Notes: generated by a model from the sequence alone, not told the origin. Positions 1 through 9,739 are shown, counted from the stretch's first letter. The stretch is DNA of 64,000 nucleotides from an uncultured Collinsella sp. (GCA_902489775.1 CABUBH010000005.1:6415-70414); one strand, 5' to 3'. A program made the numbers and translations.

Positions 1-1
1 C

Positions 2-1156
2 CGTTGCGTACGTTAAGAACGAGCTCGATTTACCCGCCGTAGCAGGATAATCGCCATACTCCAAGGCTCGGTCGGGCGACAGAAGCGAGCCGTAGGTCTT
101 AGCCGAAGTGTCAATCAAAAAATGCGACGCCTGAACTTTAACCAGGTATTTGTTTTTCCTTCCCGCAGCGCACGCGAGCGGCTCACGCGACAGGAAGAGG
201 TACGGCCCGCCCTCGTTACCGATATAGGTGCCCATATTGCCCAGGCTGCCCACACCGCTATACGTCGCCTCAATGGAGAACACGAAGGTGTCTCCCATAT
301 ACACGGCCTCGAAAGGCGAAACCGACGAAGGAAGCACCAGCTGAGCCCGCTTCGTGTTGTTGCCGTCAGTCAGGTCGATCGCCGTCATACCGTAATAGAC
401 GCCCTCATCATTGTGTACACGGGGCGAGATGGTCAGGATGCCGTCGCTCACACGCGGGGCGGATGCGAAGCGGCCCGTCGACTTCCAAATAGTCTCAGGC
501 TTGGACTCGCTGGGCGACTGACGGTAGCAGTACGAATCGTTACTCGTCTTGGTGCCGCCGGACGAAGGCATCTTATACCAGATGACCGACGACCCATACG
601 CCGTGAAGAGCGGCGGATCGTAGTTTTCGCCACCGCGGTCGAGCTCGACAGCGTTGCCGGTAAGGGAGGAGCCTGCAAGGTTTTGCGCATAGAGTTTCCA
701 AGACGCATTGGCGAAGTTCATCTCGACCCACGCGAACACGCCATCACCCGCGCGAACGTCATAAAACGCATAACCGGTTCCCTCAATGGGATCCTCAATA
801 AGTGTGGTAAGCGAGCCATCGCCCAGGTTGAGCACACCAAGCGTATTGGCATGCAGGGCAGAAGCAGGCGCCATCATCGCGGCAGCGTAGTCGCCATCGC
901 AGTAGTACAGCAGCGTGCCCAGCGGCAGCGTCCACGAGGCCGCGGGCTCAAGATCGATATCAACAGCTTCGTACTCATCAGTGATCGAGACAATCTTCGA
1001 ATCGTCCTTGATAACCTGCGGCTCGCCAGCGGCGTCATCACTCGTGCCCGTTTTTTTCGAGCAACCGGCCAGTACGGCAGCAGCACCAGTAGCGGCGCCA
1101 CCCAGCACAAAACCTCGACGCGTTATTCCATTCTTAAAGCGATCAGCGATGCTCAT
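2..1156 (-). CDS. Tat-signal lipoprotein, function unknown (C-terminus runs off window)
   Basis: Absent from the ORF track because there is no stop in the window. My translation from the ATG at 1156 stays open to position 2: MSIADRFKNGITRRGFVLGGAATGAAAVLAGCSKK. This gives a twin-arginine motif (RRGFV) plus a lipobox (LAGC). The start overlaps the stop of the upstream gene (TAATG). Confidence 0.6.
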   Translation of the reverse strand, partial: MSIADRFKNGITRRGFVLGGAATGAAAVLAGCSKKTGTSDDAAGEPQVIKDDSKIVSITDEYEAVDIDLEPAASWTLPLGTLLYYCDGDYAAAMMAPASALHANTLGVLNLGDGSLTTLIEDPIEGTGYAFYDVRAGDGVFAWVEMNFANASWKLYAQNLAGSSLTGNAVELDRGGENYDPPLFTAYGSSVIWYKMPSSGGTKTSNDSYCYRQSPSESKPETIWKSTGRFASAPRVSDGILTISPRVHNDEGVYYGMTAIDLTDGNNTKRAQLVLPSSVSPFEAVYMGDTFVFSIEATYSGVGSLGNMGTYIGNEGGPYLFLSREPLACAAGRKNKYLVKVQASHFLIDTSAKTYGSLLSPDRALEYGDYPATAGKSSSFLTYAT

Positions 1157-1419
1157 TAGGCGATCTCTGCGCGAGCGGCCTCGATAGCGCGCGTAAGCTG
1201 ATCGGCGCAAGAGGTCTTTTTCATACCGCAGGTATTACCGGCGAGAACCTCGATTACGCGATCGGCGGGAGCGCCCTCGACCAGCCTGGAGATGGCCTTG
1301 AGGTTGCCATCGCAGCCGCCAGTAAACTCGACGCCCAGCACCTTGCTGCCATCGTCAGAGAGATTGAGGTGAATATTGCGAGAGCATACACCCTGAGGCT
1401 TGTAGTCAAAACTAATCAT
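1156..1419 (-). CDS. TSCPD-domain protein, TIGR03905 family
   Basis: 87 aa containing FTGGCDGNLKAISRLVEG...GNTCGMKKTSCADQL, the characteristic TIGR03905/TSCPD pattern. Confidence 0.75.
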   Translation of the reverse strand: MISFDYKPQGVCSRNIHLNLSDDGSKVLGVEFTGGCDGNLKAISRLVEGAPADRVIEVLAGNTCGMKKTSCADQLTRAIEAARAEIA

Positions 1420-1532
1420 TGAGATCCCCTCTCAGAAAGAAATTTCAGACGTCTATTATCCCCGCCTGGACCGACTTATTATCGCAAGCACCGATTCAAC
1501 ATCCTACGATGCTTGGACTGGTGGGGGCAAGA

Positions 1533-3332
1533 TTAGCAGTCCGCACCCTGTACGTGGACCATGCGCTTCTCCCGATACATATTGTGGTCGGCGACGCGAT
1601 ATACATCGGCCAGCGTATTTCCAGCCGTCTCGACGGTCGCCACGCCAATCGATGCGCTGACCGTCAGGGTCTCATCGCTTACCGCGGCAAGACCGAGACG
1701 AAGATCCTGTTCCAGCCCGAGCGCAGACTCGTTGTCAGTATGGGGGCAAACCAGCAAAAACTCGTCGCCGCCAACGCGCATCGGCAGGTAATCCGCACCA
1801 GCCACCCGCCGCAGCACGGACGCCGTCCGTCGCAGCAGCTCATCCCCCATCTCGTGACCATAGATGTCGTTGGTCCGCTTGAGATAATTACAGTCCACCA
1901 TAATCACGCTCACCGGCAAGTCCTCGTTTACCAGGCTATCTCCACGCGATTCAAGATAGTTGCGGTTGCGAAGCCCCGTCAGTTTATCTTGGTATGACAG
2001 CTCCTCGGCATGCTTGACCATCGATATGTTGTGCGTCGCCACGACAACCGACTCCAGCCGGCCTTGCTCATCGCGATGCTGGGGGACAACCTGTAGCGAG
2101 TACCAAGCGCCTCGACAATCTCGCACCTCGGCAGCCAAGTATGGTACGCCCTCCATACGTTCACGAAGCGTACTTATATCTACGAGTCCCACAACCGCTT
2201 CGCGGCTTTCGGGGCTCACGATATCCCGGCAGACTGTGTCCATAAAGTCATATGCCTCGTTGTGCTCGGCGAATATCTTCGCTATCGCCGGCGACATATT
2301 GATTCCCTCGATCTCGAGGGTGTCGAGATGCAAAAGGAAGGTCGAATCGTAGATGGCGCTTATGGCATTGATAATGCCGAGCTGTTTATCCTTTTCGACC
2401 AAATTGCGGTGGTCAACGATATTTCGAGCCAACAGCACCACGACCCAAAACGCGAGGCACACCAAGACGCCGACGGCGACAAATGAAATCCTGTCAGACA
2501 TGACCTCAGATTTGGGATAGAGCGCAAACAGGCGGTAGTCCTTATATGCCGCACGCACGGCGTACCATTTGTCTCCTCGATATTCGATGCGCGTCAGGCC
2601 ATCTTCTTTCCATTCAACTCCTGTACTGGTGAGGAGTCGAGCGAGCGACACATCGGCATCGGCGCTGTTGGATGAGACAATCTCCGCATCCTCCATAACA
2701 AGCACCGTGGGGCCCTGGTGGAAGGTGTTGTTCGAAAGCACGTCGGCTATGGCATATGAATAGTCGTCCGCCGAATCGGAAACAAGTGAGCGGTATGCCA
2801 GGGCAACGCCGTCGCCATACGGGACAGCACAGACGGCAAAAACGACACCACGGCGCTCAACGACAGTTGAGTAGGTCACTTTGGAACCTTGATACATCGA
2901 TGCGACCGGCGAACAGGCCAGCTCCTCTCGCCACAACATGAGCGGATCGCGACCATCGATGTCGTAGTGGGCAGCCATATGGCCATCGGAGTCCATGACC
3001 ATCAACCCCGAAAGGTTCTCGGCATGGACAAATTGCTCGACAAGGTCGTTGTTAACCTCAACGCGATCAGAGGACAGGAACGTCGCAAACGATTCGACCG
3101 CGGCGAGCAAATCGTGCGTCTCCTCGGTTTTTCTCCCCTGTTCGTAGCGGTCATATTTTTCGCAAGCGTTTTCCAAAAACACCATGGTTTCTTGGCCAAA
3201 CCCAAGCGTTTTTTCGAGGCAGCGATGGGTTCCAACCGCATACAACAGGCCTAATAAGACAGCGCTGACAATAACGCCGACAGCTATGACGGTCAGAGTC
3301 TTTCGACGCAAGCGGTGCTTGTCATTTGTCAT
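1533..3332 (-). CDS. membrane sensor diguanylate cyclase (GGDEF domain)
   Basis: RVGGDEFLLV active-site motif and LTGLRNRNYL. Two TM helices bracket a ~270-aa extracytoplasmic domain. I place the start at ATG 3332 (MTNDKHRL), which forms an ATGA overlap with the stop of the upstream binding-protein gene. Confidence 0.85.
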   Translation of the reverse strand: MTNDKHRLRRKTLTVIAVGVIVSAVLLGLLYAVGTHRCLEKTLGFGQETMVFLENACEKYDRYEQGRKTEETHDLLAAVESFATFLSSDRVEVNNDLVEQFVHAENLSGLMVMDSDGHMAAHYDIDGRDPLMLWREELACSPVASMYQGSKVTYSTVVERRGVVFAVCAVPYGDGVALAYRSLVSDSADDYSYAIADVLSNNTFHQGPTVLVMEDAEIVSSNSADADVSLARLLTSTGVEWKEDGLTRIEYRGDKWYAVRAAYKDYRLFALYPKSEVMSDRISFVAVGVLVCLAFWVVVLLARNIVDHRNLVEKDKQLGIINAISAIYDSTFLLHLDTLEIEGINMSPAIAKIFAEHNEAYDFMDTVCRDIVSPESREAVVGLVDISTLRERMEGVPYLAAEVRDCRGAWYSLQVVPQHRDEQGRLESVVVATHNISMVKHAEELSYQDKLTGLRNRNYLESRGDSLVNEDLPVSVIMVDCNYLKRTNDIYGHEMGDELLRRTASVLRRVAGADYLPMRVGGDEFLLVCPHTDNESALGLEQDLRLGLAAVSDETLTVSASIGVATVETAGNTLADVYRVADHNMYREKRMVHVQGADC

Positions 3333-4201
3333 GATTCCGCTCCTTGCCCGCCCGTCGTCGCTCCTGCCTTGTAATTGTCCACAATGCGCTCTATCGTGCC
3401 GTCTCGATCCATGTCGAACAGCGCGGTATTGAGGTTTTTGACGCACTCTCCCTCATAGGCAACATCAAATGCAACGCCCAGGTCAACCGTCATAACGTTG
3501 TCGGCAAACACACGATAAACGCCGGGATACTGGGCGACGAGTCGATCAAGCGATTGAACGTCCGCCATCCAACAGTCGACATACCCTTTGGCGAGGGCGG
3601 CTTTGCAGAGCTCGGCAGAACCATACGATTTGATTTGCACGTCCGGCGAGATTTCCAGATCCCCTGCGAGCAATCGGCGTTCGCTCACCGAGCCCGCAAT
3701 CACCGCGATGGTCTTGCTTCCATCGAGATGCGCCAAGGACTTGATGCCACTCGTTTTCTTGGCGACAACCGAAACCGTCACGGTTAGATACGGCTCGGTC
3801 CAGTAATACTTATCCTCGCGATAACAGGGAGAATAATCACACCACAGGCAATCGATATCACCGTTTTTGAGCAGCCGGTCGCGATCGTTCCAGTCAATAT
3901 CGACAAACTGTGGCTTGAGCCCCGCGCGCTTGCAGGCCTCGCGGGCGATGTCGATATCGATACCGGCGTAATCGCCCGTGGTATCGACATACACATAGGG
4001 GTCGTTATCCGTAACGCCGATTTTGAGTACCGGGAGGTCTTTGTCGGCTTCATTCGAGGAGGAAGAACTGCTTCGAACGGTATACGTCAGGGCGGCCACA
4101 CAGGCGGCAACAAGGAGCATGAGCGTAAACGAGACGATGGCGGCTCGCTTGGTGCGTCCGGGCACGCGCCTCCCTTCATCGAAACAGCAGTCGGATTTCA
4201 T
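3329..4201 (-). CDS. extracellular solute-binding protein, family 3 (amino-acid type)
   Basis: LKIGVTDNDPYVYVD..GDYAGIDIDIAREACKRAGLKPQFVDIDWNDRDRLLKNGDIDCLW is typical of SBP_bac_3. An N-terminal signal/anchor is present. Start uncertain (4201 ATG or 4255 TTG). Confidence 0.8.
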   Translation of the reverse strand: MKSDCCFDEGRRVPGRTKRAAIVSFTLMLLVAACVAALTYTVRSSSSSSNEADKDLPVLKIGVTDNDPYVYVDTTGDYAGIDIDIAREACKRAGLKPQFVDIDWNDRDRLLKNGDIDCLWCDYSPCYREDKYYWTEPYLTVTVSVVAKKTSGIKSLAHLDGSKTIAVIAGSVSERRLLAGDLEISPDVQIKSYGSAELCKAALAKGYVDCWMADVQSLDRLVAQYPGVYRVFADNVMTVDLGVAFDVAYEGECVKNLNTALFDMDRDGTIERIVDNYKAGATTGGQGAES

Positions 4202-4430
4202 TGTATACCCGGGGCTGATGCGGCAATAAAAAAGCGCCTCACCCAAGATGGGCAAGGCGCCAAAGGTTGAAATGCATCCGCAAGCGGTCGAATTAGGTTA
4301 ATCCTACTCGAAGTTCAGCTGCTCCAGGATGCGCCCCCGACCGCTGCCTCGTTCAGGCCGTTGGCGCCGACCGCGTCTCTGGCGGTTTCCGATGCGCCGC
4401 ACTGCGCGCGACACACGGGCTGAAGTCTTT

Positions 4431-4473
4431 AACGCAAAAGCCCCGTTGGTCAAACACGTTACCAACGGGGCTT
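4431..4473 (-). terminator. intrinsic terminator after the Big_2 adhesin gene
   Basis: 13-bp perfect stem AAGCCCCGTTGGT/ACCAACGGGGCTT, followed on the minus strand by TTTTGCGTT. Confidence 0.7.
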
Positions 4474-4508
4474 GGACTGAAAGGTCGCGCTTAAACGAGA
4501 GGGGCGCC

Positions 4509-7500
4509 CTAACGCTCGAAACGTTTGCGCATAAGCGCGAAGGCAATCAGCGAAGCGCCGGCAACGGCCATAATAAGGGCGACGGCAAGGGCCTGGTCGC
4601 CCGTGTTGGCGAGCGCACCCTTAGTAGTCTTAGCAGACTTTTTGGTTACCTTGGTCGTCGTCTGCTGACCGGGCTGGGACGGCGTCGCGGGCTGAGTCGG
4701 CTCCCCCTTGCCCCCCTCGCCCGTCACCACGTACGTCGAGAAGTGGCTCGTGCGGAAGCAGAGGTAGTCCCCCTCGATCCACGTATCCATAGCCTGGGTG
4801 GAACCGTCCTCGGCAACGTAAAGCACCTTGAGATTAGTGAGGGCTTTCATAGCTGCGGTCATCTTGACACGGACGATGAAGGACATGCCATCGTAGTTCT
4901 CGATGGCCTCGCCATCCTTGAGAAGCTTGATATCGAGTTTCTCAGCAACCTTGGTGCTCCCCTGCTCAAGGCCGGAAATCGCAGCATTGGCGGCGTCGGA
5001 AAGGTCCGTCGGTTTCTCGACCACAAGAGAGATGTTGTTGTTCTGGGCAAAGCCGGCAGCAACATCGTTCTCGGCGCTTACGCTAACGTCCGTTCCGTCG
5101 CTACTCGCAACACCTGCGATGGTCCTCGCCGCTACGCTAACGGCGCAGGTCGCGGTTTTGTCGCCACAGGTGGCAGTGATTGTGGCTGTACCGGCCTTAA
5201 GCGGCGTCACGACGCCGTCTTTGACCGTGGCGACCGATGAATCGCTGGAGGTCCAGCTCACAGCCGCATCGTCTGCATCGGCAGGATTCACCGTTGCGGA
5301 GAGCTTTGCGGAGGCATCGCCCACAGTAAGGGACAGGCTCGTCTTGTTGAGTTCGACCTTCTGGACGGGATTGATAACGGTCACAGAAACGGTCTGGGAG
5401 AGCGACTCTGCTGTGATGACAAATGAACCGGAACCTGTCTTGAGAGCGGTAACGGTGTAGGAGCCATCGCCGTTGTCGACAACCTTAAATGCTTTCGAAG
5501 CGCCCGTGTCATCCAGAGCAAGCTTGGTCTCGTCGACATCACCCGCAAGGGCTCCGGCAAGAGAAACCTTTACGGTGCCTTCTTCGCCCTTCTTGAGGTT
5601 GAGGGCGCTCTGGTCGACCGCAAGATTTGTTGCGGGGTTGGAAACAGTCACAGCACAATCTTGAGAATAGTTTCCGTCTTCGGTCGAAGCAGTAATGGTT
5701 GCGGTGCCTTTGGAAACAGGCGTCACCTTTCCGGCCTGATCGACCGTAGCGACACTTTCGTTGCTGGACTTCCAGACAACTGTCTGGTTAGCTTCCGCGG
5801 GAACGACCGCTGCCTTAAGCTGCTCGACTGCAGCGCCCACAAGCGCGACTTTCTGCTTATCAAGCGTGATACCCGTGGCAGGTTGAATAACCGTCACCTT
5901 GCACGCGGCACTATGATCGCCGTCCTCAGTGGTGACGGTGATCGTGGCGGCACCGGCCTTGACCGGGGTCACGACGCCGGCCACAACCGTGGCAACCGTA
6001 GGATCGCTCGACGACCAGGACACGTTCTTATTCGTTGCGTTATCGGGCTCAACCGTTGCGGTCAACGTCGAGGGTTCACCACCCACAGCAAGCTTAAGGT
6101 TCGCAGCGCTGAGTTTGACGCCCGACACCTTTACAACCGGAGTGGTTACCGTAATCGCATCCGTGGTTGCAGAGACCCCATCAACCGTTGCCGTGATCGT
6201 GGCATCACCGTCACCGACAGCGGTAACAAGACCGTTAGCGTCGACGGTAAGGACGCTCTCGTTGGAAGAGGACCAAACAACTTGGCTGGCCTTGTCATCA
6301 GGGGAGACCTTTGCCTTCAGCTGCTGAGTCGTGCCTTTATCCATGGAGGTTGAGTAGCTGTCCGCAATGGAAACCGCAGTCTTTGCAGGCTCCTCGCCAG
6401 GCTTGACAACATGAACGGTCATCGTGTCGCAGAGACGACCACCCAAGTACATTGAAACCGTTGCATCGCCGTAACTATGAGGCACTAAATACCCCAAGTA
6501 ACTGCCACCACTAAACATCGGTCCTTTTACCTCGAGGACATCCGGATTATCTGAAGTGAAAGAATACTTTGCGCCGGCATAGGAGTCCATCAATTCCTCA
6601 GCGCTTTTACTCAGCACGCCCTTTGGATATTCAAACCCCCTGTCACATTCCAGCCAAAGCCAATCTTTGGATATACTATCTGAACTGACCTCACAGGGAA
6701 ATGTATAATCGCTCGACACAAACTTAGCCTTCGAAAGGCTCACTTCCGCAGGGTCGACAACCTCCATCTCAAAGGGATGGTCATTGCCAAGGCCATCACG
6801 AGCATGAGCCTTAACGGTGCCAGGCTTTATTGCCTTAAACGAGTTTTCACCACCGATAAGCTCAACGACATCGTTGCTTTCCAGAGAATAGGTTACAGCG
6901 CCAAAGTCCGCACCCCAATGTGCGCGCTGGCATGCCTTCAGTACTTCATTTGGAGAAACGTTGAGAATGGCAGTCAGATAATAGCTGTCCCCAACCAGCA
7001 TCTTTTGCTTTTTGTTCCCACGCTCATTGAATCCGGGCTCCTGATTCTCGGTTACAACATCACATAGCTTCTTCGTCTCAACTTCACCGTTGCAATAGTC
7101 GACAAGAACCTTGGCCTCTTTAGCATCTTTCGACAACGCCTCGAGTTGCAAAGAAGCGCTTAGCTCGGAAGTTCCATATGATGAATAATTCGAATTCACC
7201 CTTGCCTGGACTTTGGAATCCTTTGAGGGGTCTTCCTTAATAACAAAATATGTGGCCGCACGGCTCTCGTCCACGGGACGAACGTCAACTCTCCCCTCTA
7301 GTAATGCATAATGCGTGTTCCCGCATTTTTGCGGACAATCATCCGTGTAACCCAGCGTTGCGGTGTTTGTTGTCGCACCAGATTGGTCGTAAGAAACGAA
7401 ACTGACCTTAATTGGATTGACTTTAGCCACACTTTTAATCTTAAGAGAACCGTTTAAACTCTCGTCGGTCTTGCTCTTCAGGGTTATAGTCGTTGTGCCA

Positions 7501-7850
7501 ACTTTGGTGGGGCTAATTGTCAATACCCAACTATGTGACTCATAACTTACCTTAGCGATATCCTCGTCAGACGATGTGATATCGATATCGCTAGGGTCAA
7601 TGTGCGCCCATTCGTGATTTTTATTAAAAAAGGAAAGCCTTCCTTTCACCGTCTGTCCAACAGCGACATCAAATTCTGACCACACATCGCCTGTAGACGA
7701 ATCGTATGGGAGAAACGATGCACCCATGGAACCGTCCTGCGACTCCAGCATGACAGCATCCGCATGCGGAGCGGCCACCGTCAGCCCAAACGTTGCCGCC
7801 GTTAAAGCAACACAGATGCCTGTGGCTATCCTCCAAAACCCTTTTCCCAT
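4509..7850 (-). CDS. LPXTG-anchored surface protein with tandem Big_2 (bacterial Ig-like) repeats
   Basis: Signal peptide MGKGFWRIATGICVALTAATFGLTVAAPHADA. About 6-7 Big_2-like repeats (..VTAVGDGDATITAT.., ..VTPVKAGAATITVTT.., ..VTPLKAGTATITATC..). C-terminal LANTG, a hydrophobic helix and RKRFER. The start could instead be GTG 7895. Confidence 0.85.
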   Translation of the reverse strand: MGKGFWRIATGICVALTAATFGLTVAAPHADAVMLESQDGSMGASFLPYDSSTGDVWSEFDVAVGQTVKGRLSFFNKNHEWAHIDPSDIDITSSDEDIAKVSYESHSWVLTISPTKVGTTTITLKSKTDESLNGSLKIKSVAKVNPIKVSFVSYDQSGATTNTATLGYTDDCPQKCGNTHYALLEGRVDVRPVDESRAATYFVIKEDPSKDSKVQARVNSNYSSYGTSELSASLQLEALSKDAKEAKVLVDYCNGEVETKKLCDVVTENQEPGFNERGNKKQKMLVGDSYYLTAILNVSPNEVLKACQRAHWGADFGAVTYSLESNDVVELIGGENSFKAIKPGTVKAHARDGLGNDHPFEMEVVDPAEVSLSKAKFVSSDYTFPCEVSSDSISKDWLWLECDRGFEYPKGVLSKSAEELMDSYAGAKYSFTSDNPDVLEVKGPMFSGGSYLGYLVPHSYGDATVSMYLGGRLCDTMTVHVVKPGEEPAKTAVSIADSYSTSMDKGTTQQLKAKVSPDDKASQVVWSSSNESVLTVDANGLVTAVGDGDATITATVDGVSATTDAITVTTPVVKVSGVKLSAANLKLAVGGEPSTLTATVEPDNATNKNVSWSSSDPTVATVVAGVVTPVKAGAATITVTTEDGDHSAACKVTVIQPATGITLDKQKVALVGAAVEQLKAAVVPAEANQTVVWKSSNESVATVDQAGKVTPVSKGTATITASTEDGNYSQDCAVTVSNPATNLAVDQSALNLKKGEEGTVKVSLAGALAGDVDETKLALDDTGASKAFKVVDNGDGSYTVTALKTGSGSFVITAESLSQTVSVTVINPVQKVELNKTSLSLTVGDASAKLSATVNPADADDAAVSWTSSDSSVATVKDGVVTPLKAGTATITATCGDKTATCAVSVAARTIAGVASSDGTDVSVSAENDVAAGFAQNNNISLVVEKPTDLSDAANAAISGLEQGSTKVAEKLDIKLLKDGEAIENYDGMSFIVRVKMTAAMKALTNLKVLYVAEDGSTQAMDTWIEGDYLCFRTSHFSTYVVTGEGGKGEPTQPATPSQPGQQTTTKVTKKSAKTTKGALANTGDQALAVALIMAVAGASLIAFALMRKRFER

Positions 7851-7918
7851 TCCCCTAAGTCCAATCTCTCGTGAAAAAACGCAGCATTCTCCCACACCTT
7901 AAAATTGGCTTAAGGATA

Positions 7919-7929
7919 CCCCCCCCCCC
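7919..7929. repeat. homopolymeric C11 (G11 on the coding strand of the adhesin) in the adhesin upstream region
   Basis: Direct count: c at 7919-7929. It lies 69 nt upstream of ATG 7850 and 24 nt upstream of GTG 7895. Confidence 0.95.
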
Positions 7930-8145
7930 GACAGTTACCGGCAAGGTAATGTTTGTCAGATGTCTCAAATTATCGGCAAGCAGCACAGTTGACGCGCATA
8001 TATCGCTGACGTCCAGCTTTCTAGGTGCGCTCATGCACAAGCCCCGCTGGCAGAGCGAGCTGCGAGCGGGGCTTGTGTTGGAAAGTCGCACTCGAACGAG
8101 GGCCGCGGAGAATTGATCGATTTGACTACCTCCCCGATCGGTCAA

Positions 8146-9489
8146 TTAGAACTCGAGCTGCTCCAGGCGATCGAAGACCGTGTCGATGCGGGTGAGGAAG
8201 TCCCACGGGTCAAAGATCTCGTCGAGCTTCTCCTGGCTGACGGTGCAGCGCGGATCGGCCTCGAGGCGCTCCTTAAAGGTAGGACCGGAGACGCAATCCT
8301 GCACCTCGTGCCACGTGGCCATGGCGTTTTCCTGCACGATGGCATAGGCATCCTCGCGGGTGATGCCTGTATCGACGAGAGCCAGCAGCACCTTGGAGGA
8401 GAAGATGAGGCCGCGGGTCTTGTTGAGATTGGCCATCATGCGGGCAGGGTACAGCTGCAGGCCGTCGATGACGCGGATGAGGCACTGGAACATGTGGTCA
8501 AGGGCGATGAAGCTATCGGCCTGGGCGACGCGCTCGGCAGAGGAGTGCGAAATGTCGCGCTCGTGCCACAGGGCAACGTTGTCGAAGGCGACCTGGGCGT
8601 TGGACTTGACGATGCGCGAAAGGCCGCAGACCTTCTCCATAGTGATGGGGTTGCGCTTGTGCGGCATGGCGGAGCTGCCCTTTTGACCCTTGCGGAACGG
8701 CTCCTCGGCCTCGAGCGTATCGGTCTTCTGCAGGTTGCGAACCTCGGTCGCAATGCGCTCGCAGGTAGCTGCCGTGGTAGCGAGCACGCCGGCAAGGTAG
8801 GCGTGGTGGTCACGGCTGATGACCTGCGTAGACAGCGGATCGTGAACCAGACCAAGGTGCTCGCAGACATACTCCTCGACAAACGGCTCGATGGAGCTGT
8901 ACGTGCCGACAGCGCCCGAGATGGCACCGAAAGCAACGTTCTTACGGGCGTCCTCAAGACGGTCCAGATCGCGCTTGAGCTCCCAGGCCCAAGAGCCAAA
9001 CTTCATACCGAAGGTCATCGGCTCGGCATGGATGCCATGAGTACGGCCGGCGCAGAGCGTGTTGCGCTCCTCGAAGGCGCGACGCTTGCAGATCTCGCCG
9101 AGCTTCTTGACGTCCTCGATGATAAGGTCGCAAGCCTGAGTGAGCTGATAGCACAGAGCCGTATCACCCAGGTCGGAGCTGGTCATGCCGTAGTGAACCC
9201 AGCGGCTGGGCTTGGGCTCGCCCTCGGGAACGTCGGCATCGATATACTCCTTCATGTTGGTCAGGAAGGCGATGACATCGTGGCGCGTGACTTCCTCGAT
9301 CTCGTCGACCTTTGCCTTCTCGAAGTTGGCGTGGTCGCGAATCCACTGGGCTTCGTCTTTGGAAATACCGATCTTGCCGAGCTCCGCCTGGGCCTCGCAG
9401 GCCAGGACCTCGATCTCCTGCCAAATGGCGTACTTGTTCTCGAGGGAGAAGATGTGTCCCATCTCCGGGCGGGTATAGCGATCGATCAT
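8146..9489 (-). CDS. purB: adenylosuccinate lyase
   Basis: 447 aa, MIDRYTRPEMGHIFSLENKYAIWQEIEVLACEAQ.., with the fumarate-lyase signature SSAMPHKRNP. RBS AAAGGAG. Confidence 0.95.
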   Translation of the reverse strand: MIDRYTRPEMGHIFSLENKYAIWQEIEVLACEAQAELGKIGISKDEAQWIRDHANFEKAKVDEIEEVTRHDVIAFLTNMKEYIDADVPEGEPKPSRWVHYGMTSSDLGDTALCYQLTQACDLIIEDVKKLGEICKRRAFEERNTLCAGRTHGIHAEPMTFGMKFGSWAWELKRDLDRLEDARKNVAFGAISGAVGTYSSIEPFVEEYVCEHLGLVHDPLSTQVISRDHHAYLAGVLATTAATCERIATEVRNLQKTDTLEAEEPFRKGQKGSSAMPHKRNPITMEKVCGLSRIVKSNAQVAFDNVALWHERDISHSSAERVAQADSFIALDHMFQCLIRVIDGLQLYPARMMANLNKTRGLIFSSKVLLALVDTGITREDAYAIVQENAMATWHEVQDCVSGPTFKERLEADPRCTVSQEKLDEIFDPWDFLTRIDTVFDRLEQLEF

Positions 9490-9591
9490 AGCGGCTCCTT
9501 TTTGGTTATTGGCACGTTGGTCGTAACTCGACTATTGTACCGTGCGCAGGTGCCCGTATGAGCTACGGGCATCAACCTAACATTTTGAGAT

Positions 9592-9609
9592 TGGAGCGGG
9601 CAACGGGAC
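9592..9609 (-). repeat. 18-nt duplicate of the 3' end of tRNA-Gly (att-like scar)
   Basis: TGGAGCGGGCAACGGGAC at 9592-9609 is identical to 9784-9801, the acceptor/T-stem 3' end of the tRNA-Gly gene. Confidence 0.8.
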
Positions 9610-9739
9610 GTCCGCGTATTTGCTTCGCAAATCCGCACCGGCTACGGTCGCCTATCGGCGACCTTGCCTGCTCGCTATAAACGCTTCGCGTTTATTTAAC
9701 GCTCGCACCCTGTCGGGTTCGAGTCCCGGCACTATATTG

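Noticed and set aside
122-1159. 345-aa Arg-rich plus-strand ORF at the left edge
   Set aside because: Its composition is implausible (runs of R, H and G). The opposite strand encodes an open frame with a clean Tat signal plus lipobox that is translationally coupled to the upstream gene.
8113-9561. 482-aa plus-strand ORF; also 15084-17159 plus strand
   Set aside because: These are antisense shadows of purB and of the M28-like gene respectively.
9700-9735. Plus-strand T-arm-like sequence GGGTTCGAGTCCCGG suggesting another tRNA
   Set aside because: No acceptor, D or anticodon arms can be folded around it, and there is no CCA or matching 5' strand. I treat it as a fragment within the tRNA-Gly-associated scar.
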